A stretch of DNA of 64,000 nt from Candidatus Algichlamydia australiensis (lineage in GTDB: Bacteria; Chlamydiota; Chlamydiia; Chlamydiales; JAJFMI01): positions 128,001 through 192,000 of the forward strand of contig JAXCHI010000003.1 of NCBI GenBank assembly GCA_033977065.1, given 5' to 3'. A program made the translations under genes and the position numbers. The notes beneath the pieces were generated by a model, which ran no database searches, was not told where the DNA came from, and saw only the letters and a program-made list of their open reading frames with translations. Shown piece after piece: positions 35,536-46,845 of the stretch. The first letter of the stretch is position 1. Every line of letters starts with the position of its first letter.

Positions 35536-38500
35536 ATGGTCGCTATAAATTTAAAAAATTGCCTCAACACAGCAAAGAAGGTCCCACAACTTCCTAAAGC
35601 TGTAAAAACTTTTGTTGAAGAGGAGGTGCGTAGTGCAAGCCGTTACTTTAATCCTAAGCGCCATGAGGGTGTAGATAAGGTTTTTCAAACGGCTAAAAAA
35701 GCTTTTTCCTTCCTTCCCATCTTCCCTAAAGGCCGCGCAATTTTTTTCGGCGAGGGCCGAGTCTCAAAATGTTTAGAAAAAATCCATAGCGCTCTCTCCT
35801 CTAAACTTTCTATCCCAGCTAGCCGTGATGTTGAAGACTCTACCGGTGTCGCCTCTTTGAGAGAACAGTCACACTTGCGCAAAACTCATCACAAACTTCC
35901 TGTTGACCGCAAGACATTTTCCGCTTTTTATGGCTCTCGTGTTGAGAAAATGCGCGCCCCTTTTGCTCAAGCAGTTGATATGCTCAAAAACTTCCTTGAG
36001 GGGAAAAGAGATGGGGCCTTTTTCGCTGAACGTGCTGCTAGCCTGTTACAAGCAAAAAATAGTGAAACAGAATTTGTTACCTACGCAAAAAGAGTTGAAG
36101 GAAATGAAGCACAAAATACGTTTGTTTTAGAAAATGCGCGTCTGCTTCATCAACAAGTTGCGGCTCTTGATAAAAACTCTACTCCTATTTTCCACTTTGG
36201 TTCTGTTGCTTACGCTAAAAAGACTACTTCTGAACTTTTATCAAGTATCACTGGGGTGGATAAAGCTTCGAAAGAACAAAAACAATTCTTAGAAGGAGAT
36301 CTTCACGTTTTAGCCCATGAGCTTACACGAAAGTTTCTCGACCCTATCGAGAAAGAGGTAAAACAACCCAGCGAACGTTTAGAGAAACTGGCAGAAGACC
36401 TTCAAGCAAAAATGCCGAGGTTTTTAGACGGTATCCCGTCTGCTACAAGAGATCTTTTCTTAAATGTTTTGCGAAAACGCCTCTTTGGTAGGCCGGCTCC
36501 AGATGGTGTAGCAAAGCTTTGCGATACTTTCTGCGACGAGTTAATGAAAAATGGCTTGGAAGAGACTTTAGAAGAGTACATTCTTGCTACTCTATCCAAC
36601 TCAAGGGAGTTTGTGGACCAGCACTTCAATGATTTTCGCTATTTTCTCTCTCACCACTTGAATGCACCGTTAAAGGAGTTGATTGCTGAAAGTTCTCTGC
36701 ATCTTGAGTCAGACAAACGTTTCTGGATGGAGATTAACAAACAAGAAGATGGAGCCTATACGCTGCGTCTTTACACTAACGATCGCGACGGTATCGCGCA
36801 CCCACTTAATCATCTTGAAAGCGGGATTCACTACCCTCTCATCTTCTCAGGCATTCCTGCAGAGAAGATGTCGAGTGAATTTTTTGAGCAGCTCATCGCT
36901 TTCCAAACATATGATCTTTGGGACAAAGAGCGCACGATCACACTTGATGATCTCTACACCTATCTGACCCTCCACTTGGGAAAAGAGGCCGAACCATCTA
37001 ACCCTTCCACAACACTTCCCAACTCTGCTGTTGATGGTGATAATGCGATTGACTGGCTACAGAATTATGTTCATCATCACTGCCTAGGCAATGAGGAGGA
37101 TTTCTCTCTGCTCTTTGAGTACCAGATGCCTCTTGAATTTTTGCAAAATCTCTGGACCAAGATCAAAGAAGAGCCTAAGCAATTAAAAGAGTCTTCGCTT
37201 CGTAGAGAGCTAAAAGGCGTTGTTGAAAGGCTAACCAATGTGGGTTTAAACCTTCATGAAAAAGGAAAAATTTCAGATGGAGAATTAACCGCTCTTTTTG
37301 GAACAATTCTCGATGTAAATGAGGCTCTCAAAACAGAGAAGAAAGCAAAAAGTGAAGCGTATGAGGTGCGTCGATCAAATATCATTCCTGAAGATCTGCA
37401 GCATGTTCTTGCTTACATCATGGACAAAACGGGACTCTCTGCAAGCTCTTTAGAAGGGGTGCGTACTCTATTGATGTCTCTTCTTGGTGAGGATTTTGGA
37501 AGTGATTTTGATGCCCTGGTTGAGGAATTTCTTTTTGATTTTAACAGAACTAAGAGCACCGAAAAGGAGTATGAATCATCATTTTCTTATGCTGCGTGGA
37601 GAAAAACTTTTTCTGGTCTTAATGATCGTGTAAATGTGGCTGATTTAGCTCTTATGACAACGTTTAGAGCTGCTGTTTGTATTTTGACGGTTTTAGCCTA
37701 CTCACAGAAAGCCTATCTTTTCCAATGGCTTGTGAACAGCTGCCTTTCTAGTCTCACTGGAAAAATCTCTTTTAAGGTAGCTCTACTCATCGTTACTTTT
37801 GGCCCAAGCGTGTGTCAAGAGCTTCTACCAAAAGAGCTTCATGAACCTCTAATTGCTGCCTATGATCTCTTCTTTGAAGTCTACACCTATCTTAGAAATC
37901 GCATTCTTCTTACTGGTCTGCGTGCTGCTTTTCACGGAATATTAGCATTGAAACTCCACCCAAAATTGAGTGAAGAGGGTTTAGAAACGGCAAAGAAGTA
38001 CTTGAGAAAAGGGGTATCGCATGTATCTCATGGCGTAGAGGTCTCCTACGATTTAGATGTAGAAAAGAGCAGTAAGCCATTCTCTGTTCCCCTTCCTACG
38101 GAGCAAGCGTTTCAAACTGAAGAGAGCTCACCTCCTGCAACTTGGGATCTACCTAGGCCTAAAAAAATTCAGCTAAACCCTCAAAATTTAGTAGGTCATC
38201 TTGAAGGTATCGTAAGCAATCTTGACCAAATAGAAAAAGAAGGCTCTTACCAGAGAGATGTGCAGACGCGGAGGCGTGAAGCTCTTGCTTATATTCACGG
38301 TGCTATCCTAAATCTTCCCTTACCAGGAAGAGGTGAAGGAGGTATTTGGAAAGAGATCCAACATCCACATTTAGCTTTGAATCACGTAGAGCGAATTCTC
38401 GATAAGTTCACACATCTTGTCAGCGCTCAAAAACATACACATGATGGAGCTACTGAGAATATCATCTCCCTCCATACCCTTTTTGCCATCACAGCAGAAC

Positions 38501-41500
38501 TAGCAAAACAGACCTCTGATTCGGCTCTTGATCAAGACTTTGTCCCTAATGCACACCTCTTTGAGGAGTGGTTGAGTAGCCCCGCACTCACGATCTCAAA
38601 CCAACCTCTTCTTGCAAGAGCTAAAGAACTTGAACTCTTCTTTAGTAAAGATAAACAAGAGGGGCAGGCGCTTTTTAACTTCCTAAAAGATGCGGAAAAA
38701 AACCCTTATATAAAACAAAATTTGGAATTTTTCCAAACCTATGTTGACCCAGGAAAAGTTATCCATACTGCTGATCTTCTGATCATGAATCCTAATTTAG
38801 GAGAGATGCAAACTTTAATAGAAAAGTTTGGAAGGGGGCCTAAAACCGCCGGACTGCAAGCGTTAGATTCAACTTTAGTAGAGATGCTCAATCTGACAGA
38901 GCAATTTGAGGAGGTAAAAGAGGAGATAGGGAGGAGAAAACAGGCAATAGAAAGAGCTCTCTCAACACATTGCAATGAGCACGATCTTCAAAAACGCCTT
39001 CTTCCTTTAGGGCTTAGCCTTCTACAAAAAATACAAGAGAGCGCAAGGTCCTACACCCACTTTGATCATGACAAGCAGAAAATTGATAAGCGCTCAAGTG
39101 ATGTGGCCATCTATCCATTCAGCCTAGCCTTAGAAAAAGTTCAAGAAGCTGGGGATGGGGCCGTAAATAGCGTAGATGATGATCACTTAAAAAAAGTAGT
39201 AGACTGGCTCGCAAGAGGAATAAAAGGAGCCGCGCGCTATTTTGGAACAGCATACAAAATCACAGGCACTTTGCCCGATCATAGCGAGCTTCTTGATACA
39301 GAGAGGGGGCTAGCAAATAGATTTACAGGTGTATCATTTGACCTGCAGTCTATTCACGATTCACATGAGCGCAATAGCCAGTTTGGCTTGCAAGTCGCAG
39401 AGATGCTAGTAAAAGCAAAGACTCTTTCTCAAGCGGAGATCATGCAAGATGACTCCTCTTTCGACACGCTTTCTCGTGAAGAGAAATTTTTGCTTGCGAT
39501 GGCTGCCCGACATAGCTCTGATCAAATTGTGCGCTGTATGGACTTCTTTACAAGTGGAAGAGGGCGCCTCTCACAGCAGCGCTATCGCACTCTTTTTGAA
39601 ACTCTGATGAATAATGAGTCTGCTATCAAAGCAGCCCTGGAAGACGAACCTGCAATGATAGAGGTTGTTGGGGCGTTTTTCGATGAGGCAATTCAACATT
39701 TCCTTGAAAATGATGACTACGCTACAGCTCTTTTCTTAGCAAAAACAGGTTTTGACCATCTGGTGCACTCCTCTTTCTATGCGGAAAATGCGAAGGCGCA
39801 CTTCCCTAATTTCCGCGCAATTATTCGCGAGCAGATTCTTCCTAACTTTCGCGCGCAAGCGACCCTTAAACCAATTGGTTTGATGGAAGATGGCTTTGTT
39901 GGCTCACTTCTCTATCTTACTTCTCTCTACTCAAATCTTATTCCTGATAGCAGCGAAAAAGAGGTCCTACTCGATCTTGCACGTTTGCACTTTGCGCGCA
40001 CTCCAATGGCCTGGAAGGAGCTTGAGAGTGAGGCTTCTGCAAAACCTCTTCGTACACTCTACATGTGGGAACCCTTGATCCACGACGCAATTCAAAATGA
40101 TTCCGTCTTCCGCAATACTCTTCTTGATACTCTGGTTGCAGACCGAGGTGGAGAGGTAACAAACGGCCCATGGGAGGGGGATTTTCCACGCTACACAAAA
40201 GGGGCTCAAACACTCTCTTTAGTCCCACAGGAGTTTGCAAAAAATGGAATTACTACTAGCATTGCTCATGCAAAAGTCTCAAAATGGGTAGGTGAAAAGT
40301 TAGGCCCCTGTCGCGAGATCTCTGATGGCACATTTATCTTTTCAAATTCAGACGTTGAAGCCAAGTTCCTTGGTAAAAATGGTTGGCTCATTACGCGTAA
40401 GCTTGATGGCAAAAATTTCCGCCTCATTACAAATACAAGAGGGCTTCCCGACTTTGTTTCTCAGGATCCAAATAGTGCTCTCTGGATCGAACAAAAATCC
40501 CTTGAGCCGATCATCTATTGCATGAAAGAGGGAAAAGTTGTCACAACTCATCACGCAAAAGTTGTAAATGACGATTTAGAAAATCCCACGCTTGAGATCA
40601 CTAAAACATCCCCCCTCTCCCTAGACCAAGCAAAGTTTAGTGGACTCGCTCCTCTTCACTGGTTCCAATCATCAAAAGATACACGCGTTGAAACAGAAGG
40701 AGAAAAAGTTAAAAAGATTGCGTTTCCAAAAATGGGTTTAACTTTTGAAGTCGATAAGAGTGATCACGCCATTTCAACAGATGGATCCACACCTGGATTC
40801 TGGATCGCTAAACAACAGAAAGTTTCAAGCCTTGTCCCTTTTGCAAACACGCTTCTTCTTGAAAATGAGCGCGGCGAGAAAAAAGCGCATATCATAGCCA
40901 ACAACTTTAAAGAGCTTTTTGCATCCTATTTGGTTACCAAAAGCTTAATGTTTAATCGTGATGGATTGTACAAACTGGGAAATCTCATCACACTATTTTT
41001 GTTGGATCTTGGAGCTGATGCGCCAAGCTCTAGTTCTGTAGTTCCTCTCGCAATTTCTGAAAATATAAAAAAGCTTCTCGAAGAGGCGAAATTTTTCGAT
41101 GCGGAGAGTCGCAAGATGTACACTTACGATCTTGATGAAAAGGGTCAACTTCAGAGCCAAGAACCATGCGCGATTGCCTACCTTGCTCTTTTTTATGTTG
41201 TAAATGGCCAATTAGACCAGCTCTTTCCTATTGTGAAACAACTCGACCTCTTGAGCCACACCAGCTCGTTTCCAGAGGAGCTCTTTCCCCTTCTCGATAC
41301 CATTGTTCTTTTTCTCTCTTTACGAAAAGGCAAAAAAGCAACAGAGCTTCTTCTAAAACTAACCGCTATGCGTGAAGCAAATAGCGTTTTACACCAAGAG
41401 GAAATCCCAGCCGCCAATCGAGGAAATAGACTCCTCTGGTTAATTGTCCAGAGCAACTACAAAAGTTATTTGGAAAGCAAAGAAAGTTCTCTAAATGAGT

Positions 41501-44500
41501 TTGAAGAGCTCTACATTTTAAACTCGATTAGTCGACAAAACCGCGAGTTTTCTCACACAAACACGGCTCTCAATAGCGAGCTTGAACAGTTTGGTCTTGG
41601 CAATTTTGTTGAGAGCATGGCTATGCTTCCCTCTCTTGCAAGACGCTATCAAGTCCTGCGCGCACAATTTGAGCAAGGAAGCACTTGGCGCCTAAAAGCG
41701 GAAAAATTGATTGTGAACACACTATTTGGGGAGGGCCATCCCAAATTAGTCTCTTCAGATGGAAAAGTCGCTCCTATCTCAACTTTTAGAAAGATCTCTC
41801 AAGCTTTTCATCAACTCTTCCGCTTTGCTAGGAACAACTGCAAAGATTATATCGAGATTGAGAAAGATCTCAGAGCAGCAATTCATTTTGACACCACTGT
41901 TTTAGACCCTAATGACTTTGAATATTTTACCAGCCTTCATCTATCTCCATCAAATTTCACAAAATCATTTCTCAAGGAACATTTTTTTATACTCTACCAC
42001 CTTGCTTGTAACGAGTTACCTGAAGGATGGCGAGGTAATCGTGAGAGAGAACAGCTTTTTGCAAACAAAATCGCAGAACTCCATCGTGCGATGTCTCTTA
42101 CTGTTGGACGCTTTAAAGATCCAGAATCTCGAGCAATTTGGCTCACTCTTCAAACAGCTGTTGAACAGACCCCTCTTCACTCTCTGCTTGGCTCCTCTTT
42201 AGCTTATCTTCTTTCGATGAAACAGAGACCGATTGCAACTGGTACTAAAACGGTTGTTGCTGCTTATAATAGCTCCGCTACAGCTCTTCTACTAGAAAAG
42301 CTTCAAGAGATGCCTCTGCCTGCTGCTACAAAAGATTTTATTGAGAGTCTGAAGAGTTCCGTTCCCTCTTCTGCTGAAGCTCTTCTTCACTCTTTGAGTG
42401 ACAAAGGGCTACGACCGGCATCTATTGCCTTCTTACGCTCTTTAAAAAAGCTGCCCCTAGCACATGAAACGCTCCAATTTATTGCTTCGCTTGAAAAAAT
42501 TCCTCTCCCCACAACGCAGTTTACAACTCTTCCTAAAGCTACAGAACTAAAATCTAAACGTGATCAAGGAAGCACCAATCTCGACTATGATTTTTTAATG
42601 ATAGAACTTGGAAAAGTTGTCAAATGTTACCTAATTGAACAGGCAGGAAAAGCTTCTCTTCATACGGTTACAGGATACAAGGTTTTAGACTCTAAACTCG
42701 ATGCACTAAAAGCTGCTGGTGTCGCTACTTTGGGAACTACATTTTCCGGGCTTAAAGTCTTGAATCAGGTCGGAATGAATATCGGCTTATTGAAGGCACA
42801 ACTTGTCACCTATTTTACCATAACAAGAACCGCTGCTGCCCTGAATGCTGTTGTCGACCCTGTAGCAGAGCCAACTCCTCAAGCCTCCTCAAGGCAGCTC
42901 TCAAAAGAGACGATTTCTCAGATGAATCAGCGAGAGCGTGCGATCTCTAATTTGCTTAGCCAAATTTCTGAAGAGTATTTTGATAAAGAGAACATTCCTG
43001 CAACCGCTGAAGAGCATCTTCAACCATTTGATGAGGATGATGAAGCCTCCGTAAAAGAAGCCTTTGAGAGGCTCAATGAGAGTCTTCACGCCTTTTACTC
43101 TAAGCATCAACCTGATGGCACACGCTACCACTTAAAAAAGAAAAAGTATGCCGTTGATTTAATGCGCTCACTTCATACGCTACAGGGCGAGCTTTCAACC
43201 CATTTAGCAAAAGAGCGTGCAGCAATTGTTGAATTCGTCAATCACGTCCATATCGATTCACTGGATCCGATTGAAAAGCTTGTTGCCGATACACAAAAAA
43301 CAAGAGAAGAGCGCGATCTTACTTTTGAAGATATCTCTATGCTCTTTGCCCAAGAAAATGATGCAAAACTTCTTAAAATTTCGCACATGCAAGAAGAGGA
43401 TTTAAGTGAGATGAAGCGCCGCCTCTACCTCTATCACCTCTCTGCCTCGCGCTGGCAGTTCCTCTTCGATCGCATTGGTGAGCTTTCTGAAAAGCCAACA
43501 GCTGAAGAACTCGACCAGATCGGCCAAGAATTAAATCGCGAGCGCACTTACAAGTTTAATAACTCAAGCGAGCGCGTTGTGCGAGGTATGCTTCTCTTTG
43601 AATCCAAAGATAATGTGCTATTACGCGGGCCACAAGCAAGGCAGCTAGAGAGAGTGCTGCGCAGTGAACACCGCCGCGTAGTAACAGGATCAAAACCAGG
43701 CTCAGGAAAAACCTCTATCAAGATGGTAGAAGCTGCAAAAAACAAGGCTGATGGCGAGCATCTTGTGCTTAACATCTGGCCGAAAGAGACAGCTGAGGAG
43801 AATACCAAAGTAACAGCTGAGAAATTTAACAAAATTTATAATCAAAAAACAAGTGCCTTCACAATCACGCGTTCGAGCTTCAAAACAGTTGAAAGTCTTA
43901 TCCACTTCTTCAACTACCTGCGAAGCGCCGCCTCAAGTGGGCGTGAACCGATCAACATGACAAAGGAGAGCTTGCAAGCGCTAGAGCTCAATATGCTTGA
44001 AGCGGGTCTAAATGAAGAGAAAGAAAAATTTTCCATCTATAGGAGAATTTTACATTTGATCCATGAAAAAGGCTTTGCCAACTTCGATGAAGCGCATTCG
44101 GCTTACAATCCTAATAAAAAGCTCATCTACCCCTTCGGTCCTCCCTCAACTCTCCCTAAAAATGAGATAGGACTCATCACCGAAATTCTTGGCCATTACG
44201 CTACAATCAGCCAAAGAGTCGCGCTGCCAAAGAAACTCTCTCTTGAGGAGTACAAAAAGAGATTCCTTCCCTCTCTTGCTCGCACAGTTGCAGCACGCAG
44301 CAGCTGGGACTTTACAAGTGAAGAGCAGAGCGAGCTTGTAAAATACTTCACTGAGGAAGCCGAAGAGATCCCCGGTTTTATTACCCAAAGCCCCTATCGA
44401 GGTGAAGTTGCAGCTGCAAAAGGAGTGATTACCTCGATTTTATCCCACTCATTAAACAAAATCCCTAACGTTGACTTTGGCCGTTCAAAAGAGGGGAATG

Positions 44501-46755
44501 GAGAGGTTGCCAAGCCAAGTAGCGGTAACGAAAATGTTACTGAACAGGAGAATTTGGGAAATCCACGTGAAGCTTTAGTAAAGTCGGGTCTTCTCTATTT
44601 GCATAGACGTCTCTCAGATGATCAAATTGAAAATCTAATTGAAATGTGGCGCGAGAAAGCGCGTTCAAAAGCACAAGACAATGGCACGTTTGCTGAAAAT
44701 ACACAAGAGGTAAGACTCTTTAAAGAGTGCTGTGGAGGAGTATTCCATCTCTTCCACTTCTCTGATGCAGATCGCGCGACCATTTATGGAAAAATTCGCG
44801 CAAGTGATCGCGCAACGCTCTACTATTTAACCCACAAAATTGCACCTCAGATTACTTTTTATAAAAAAACCCTTGCTCACAATCCCATGAACTTTGGTTC
44901 CATGACACAGCGTTCATTGGGATATACCGCTACGCAAAAAGGAGGGACTTATCCAAATAAAACTGAGGTTCTTCACGATCCTAAAGAGGATGGGGAGAGC
45001 TTAGATGCATTAGCGCGCGCTGCACAAGAAGTGGGAGGTATCCGCATCTTAGAAGCAAGCAGCCCTCATGCACTGCTAAATGAGGCAGTCGAAATCTTAA
45101 AAAAAGATCCAAGTATTCGCATCTACACAGATCGAGGCGCACACGCTAACGGAATTCCCGACCGAGAGGTAGTGCAAGAGCTTTTGAAATGGACAAAGGG
45201 CGGCGTTGTCTTCTATGAGAAGGGAAGTTCTCTTATCTGGGAAAAAGGAGCAAGCGAGCCAGTCCCTATTAGTCAAGGCACTTCTCCTCTAAAAGATCGC
45301 CTGACCTATTTTTCGCAGCCACAAACGTTTGCTGCTGATGTAAAACAAACCCCTGGAACAAAAGCCATCTTAACCATTTCCGAAGAGACGACTCTCAGTG
45401 AGCTTGTGCAGGCGTTTGGACGCAACCGAAATGGAAAGAACATCTTTGTCATGACCAAAGACGTACGCGATCGCATGACGAAAAATCAGATCCCCTCCAT
45501 TCGTGAAATCATTCGCTATGTCACAAGAAATGAGGCAGAAGAGGCTCTCGAGAGTAATTTTCAAGCGGATATTTTAAAAATGCAAGATCTCTTGCGTAGT
45601 AGAGTGCTAAATAAGATGCGCACGACAATGACCGATTGGCAAGCCCTGCGAATTCTTAAGCAAAACAAAAGCGTCTTCTTAAAAAGCGAAGAGAGCGATC
45701 CATGGAAGCTCTATGGTCAGATACGTAGAACTACTTCTCCTGCCAACTTCTTTAATGAGTTGCGCCATCAGGTGTTAAGCGATGCAAAAGAGACAGCTCT
45801 TTTCTCTGATGAAGAGATCTCTGCAATTGATACTGAATTAAGAGGACTTGGGCGTGGTACTTATCCAAAAGAGATTTATAGTTATCACGATCAAAGTGGA
45901 CGCATTACTGCTCATCTTAGAGATTTAGGCAGCACTGTTGAAGTCCAAGAGCAACAAGAGCAATCACAACAGCACCAATTGCGCGTTGCTGTGAACGTTA
46001 ACGAGCAACAAAAACGTGTGGAAGTTCCACGTCAGAAGCAGCCATCCTCTCCATGGCCAAGCTGGGTGACTCCTCTAAACCTTGAGAGTTGGTTTAAAGT
46101 CTCTTCCGCCCCAATATTTGGAGCCCCTCCAGTTCAAAAGAGCTTCGGATCACAAGTTCTCGGGATGATAGCAAACGCCCCCGTGCCCAATATCTACTCA
46201 CTTAAAGATGTGCTCATAAAATCGGGGAATCGCCACGCAAAAAAAGTAGCAGAAGATCTAAGCCCTTTCATCTACTCCACAAACAATATAACGCCGTTGG
46301 GTGATAGTGGAAGGAAAGAGGTGCAGCCTTTTGGTCCGTATCAAATTCCCCCTGGGGAGCTTCTTTTAATCCAAAAAGAGGGCGATGATCCACGACTGCT
46401 GCTTGTAGATCAAGATGAGGCGCAGTTTTGGCGTAAGCAGATACGAGAAAATCGAGACACAGAGACCAAATTCTCGCTTGTCAACATAGCAAATGGAGCC
46501 ATTCTTGTAGGAAGTGCGCTTGATGACCCAAGAATTTACACAGCGCTTATGCAACTGCGCTTTCTTCGTGGAGATACACACTTCCCCCTAGATGAGCCTG
46601 ACTCCTTAGAGCAGTGGGTTAAGAGGAACCCGCGTGAGAAGGAGCGCTTCTTCAAGTTTGTCCATGGCTTCCATGGAAAAAACCCTCTTGAAGGGAGCTT
46701 GTTGGAGGCAATCTTTGAAGGAATAAGTAAGCCTTCACCTCCCCTACGTGCATAA
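35536..46755 (+). CDS. Giant protein (3739 aa) with a DUF3638-like SF2 helicase/ATPase module
   Basis: Uninterrupted 11.2-kb ORF; PGSGKT, NFDEAH, YTDRGA, YFSQPQTFAAD, QAFGRNR motifs and a QEQQEQ tract; collinear with the next ORF. Confidence 0.85.
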   Translation: MVAINLKNCLNTAKKVPQLPKAVKTFVEEEVRSASRYFNPKRHEGVDKVFQTAKKAFSFLPIFPKGRAIFFGEGRVSKCLEKIHSALSSKLSIPASRDVEDSTGVASLREQSHLRKTHHKLPVDRKTFSAFYGSRVEKMRAPFAQAVDMLKNFLEGKRDGAFFAERAASLLQAKNSETEFVTYAKRVEGNEAQNTFVLENARLLHQQVAALDKNSTPIFHFGSVAYAKKTTSELLSSITGVDKASKEQKQFLEGDLHVLAHELTRKFLDPIEKEVKQPSERLEKLAEDLQAKMPRFLDGIPSATRDLFLNVLRKRLFGRPAPDGVAKLCDTFCDELMKNGLEETLEEYILATLSNSREFVDQHFNDFRYFLSHHLNAPLKELIAESSLHLESDKRFWMEINKQEDGAYTLRLYTNDRDGIAHPLNHLESGIHYPLIFSGIPAEKMSSEFFEQLIAFQTYDLWDKERTITLDDLYTYLTLHLGKEAEPSNPSTTLPNSAVDGDNAIDWLQNYVHHHCLGNEEDFSLLFEYQMPLEFLQNLWTKIKEEPKQLKESSLRRELKGVVERLTNVGLNLHEKGKISDGELTALFGTILDVNEALKTEKKAKSEAYEVRRSNIIPEDLQHVLAYIMDKTGLSASSLEGVRTLLMSLLGEDFGSDFDALVEEFLFDFNRTKSTEKEYESSFSYAAWRKTFSGLNDRVNVADLALMTTFRAAVCILTVLAYSQKAYLFQWLVNSCLSSLTGKISFKVALLIVTFGPSVCQELLPKELHEPLIAAYDLFFEVYTYLRNRILLTGLRAAFHGILALKLHPKLSEEGLETAKKYLRKGVSHVSHGVEVSYDLDVEKSSKPFSVPLPTEQAFQTEESSPPATWDLPRPKKIQLNPQNLVGHLEGIVSNLDQIEKEGSYQRDVQTRRREALAYIHGAILNLPLPGRGEGGIWKEIQHPHLALNHVERILDKFTHLVSAQKHTHDGATENIISLHTLFAITAELAKQTSDSALDQDFVPNAHLFEEWLSSPALTISNQPLLARAKELELFFSKDKQEGQALFNFLKDAEKNPYIKQNLEFFQTYVDPGKVIHTADLLIMNPNLGEMQTLIEKFGRGPKTAGLQALDSTLVEMLNLTEQFEEVKEEIGRRKQAIERALSTHCNEHDLQKRLLPLGLSLLQKIQESARSYTHFDHDKQKIDKRSSDVAIYPFSLALEKVQEAGDGAVNSVDDDHLKKVVDWLARGIKGAARYFGTAYKITGTLPDHSELLDTERGLANRFTGVSFDLQSIHDSHERNSQFGLQVAEMLVKAKTLSQAEIMQDDSSFDTLSREEKFLLAMAARHSSDQIVRCMDFFTSGRGRLSQQRYRTLFETLMNNESAIKAALEDEPAMIEVVGAFFDEAIQHFLENDDYATALFLAKTGFDHLVHSSFYAENAKAHFPNFRAIIREQILPNFRAQATLKPIGLMEDGFVGSLLYLTSLYSNLIPDSSEKEVLLDLARLHFARTPMAWKELESEASAKPLRTLYMWEPLIHDAIQNDSVFRNTLLDTLVADRGGEVTNGPWEGDFPRYTKGAQTLSLVPQEFAKNGITTSIAHAKVSKWVGEKLGPCREISDGTFIFSNSDVEAKFLGKNGWLITRKLDGKNFRLITNTRGLPDFVSQDPNSALWIEQKSLEPIIYCMKEGKVVTTHHAKVVNDDLENPTLEITKTSPLSLDQAKFSGLAPLHWFQSSKDTRVETEGEKVKKIAFPKMGLTFEVDKSDHAISTDGSTPGFWIAKQQKVSSLVPFANTLLLENERGEKKAHIIANNFKELFASYLVTKSLMFNRDGLYKLGNLITLFLLDLGADAPSSSSVVPLAISENIKKLLEEAKFFDAESRKMYTYDLDEKGQLQSQEPCAIAYLALFYVVNGQLDQLFPIVKQLDLLSHTSSFPEELFPLLDTIVLFLSLRKGKKATELLLKLTAMREANSVLHQEEIPAANRGNRLLWLIVQSNYKSYLESKESSLNEFEELYILNSISRQNREFSHTNTALNSELEQFGLGNFVESMAMLPSLARRYQVLRAQFEQGSTWRLKAEKLIVNTLFGEGHPKLVSSDGKVAPISTFRKISQAFHQLFRFARNNCKDYIEIEKDLRAAIHFDTTVLDPNDFEYFTSLHLSPSNFTKSFLKEHFFILYHLACNELPEGWRGNREREQLFANKIAELHRAMSLTVGRFKDPESRAIWLTLQTAVEQTPLHSLLGSSLAYLLSMKQRPIATGTKTVVAAYNSSATALLLEKLQEMPLPAATKDFIESLKSSVPSSAEALLHSLSDKGLRPASIAFLRSLKKLPLAHETLQFIASLEKIPLPTTQFTTLPKATELKSKRDQGSTNLDYDFLMIELGKVVKCYLIEQAGKASLHTVTGYKVLDSKLDALKAAGVATLGTTFSGLKVLNQVGMNIGLLKAQLVTYFTITRTAAALNAVVDPVAEPTPQASSRQLSKETISQMNQRERAISNLLSQISEEYFDKENIPATAEEHLQPFDEDDEASVKEAFERLNESLHAFYSKHQPDGTRYHLKKKKYAVDLMRSLHTLQGELSTHLAKERAAIVEFVNHVHIDSLDPIEKLVADTQKTREERDLTFEDISMLFAQENDAKLLKISHMQEEDLSEMKRRLYLYHLSASRWQFLFDRIGELSEKPTAEELDQIGQELNRERTYKFNNSSERVVRGMLLFESKDNVLLRGPQARQLERVLRSEHRRVVTGSKPGSGKTSIKMVEAAKNKADGEHLVLNIWPKETAEENTKVTAEKFNKIYNQKTSAFTITRSSFKTVESLIHFFNYLRSAASSGREPINMTKESLQALELNMLEAGLNEEKEKFSIYRRILHLIHEKGFANFDEAHSAYNPNKKLIYPFGPPSTLPKNEIGLITEILGHYATISQRVALPKKLSLEEYKKRFLPSLARTVAARSSWDFTSEEQSELVKYFTEEAEEIPGFITQSPYRGEVAAAKGVITSILSHSLNKIPNVDFGRSKEGNGEVAKPSSGNENVTEQENLGNPREALVKSGLLYLHRRLSDDQIENLIEMWREKARSKAQDNGTFAENTQEVRLFKECCGGVFHLFHFSDADRATIYGKIRASDRATLYYLTHKIAPQITFYKKTLAHNPMNFGSMTQRSLGYTATQKGGTYPNKTEVLHDPKEDGESLDALARAAQEVGGIRILEASSPHALLNEAVEILKKDPSIRIYTDRGAHANGIPDREVVQELLKWTKGGVVFYEKGSSLIWEKGASEPVPISQGTSPLKDRLTYFSQPQTFAADVKQTPGTKAILTISEETTLSELVQAFGRNRNGKNIFVMTKDVRDRMTKNQIPSIREIIRYVTRNEAEEALESNFQADILKMQDLLRSRVLNKMRTTMTDWQALRILKQNKSVFLKSEESDPWKLYGQIRRTTSPANFFNELRHQVLSDAKETALFSDEEISAIDTELRGLGRGTYPKEIYSYHDQSGRITAHLRDLGSTVEVQEQQEQSQQHQLRVAVNVNEQQKRVEVPRQKQPSSPWPSWVTPLNLESWFKVSSAPIFGAPPVQKSFGSQVLGMIANAPVPNIYSLKDVLIKSGNRHAKKVAEDLSPFIYSTNNITPLGDSGRKEVQPFGPYQIPPGELLLIQKEGDDPRLLLVDQDEAQFWRKQIRENRDTETKFSLVNIANGAILVGSALDDPRIYTALMQLRFLRGDTHFPLDEPDSLEQWVKRNPREKERFFKFVHGFHGKNPLEGSLLEAIFEGISKPSPPLRA

Positions 46756-46790
46756 ATATTAAATTTTAAATTTACACTATGAAGATTAGA

Positions 46791-46819
46791 TTGAAATTCT
46801 TGCAATTTTGTGCTAAGAT
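46791..46819 (+). promoter_or_regulatory. Promoter of the second giant gene
   Basis: TTGAAA-N17-TAAGAT with an extended -10 TG. Confidence 0.55.
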
Positions 46820-46845
46820 AGGTGCACAAAATTTAAACTCTGCTC

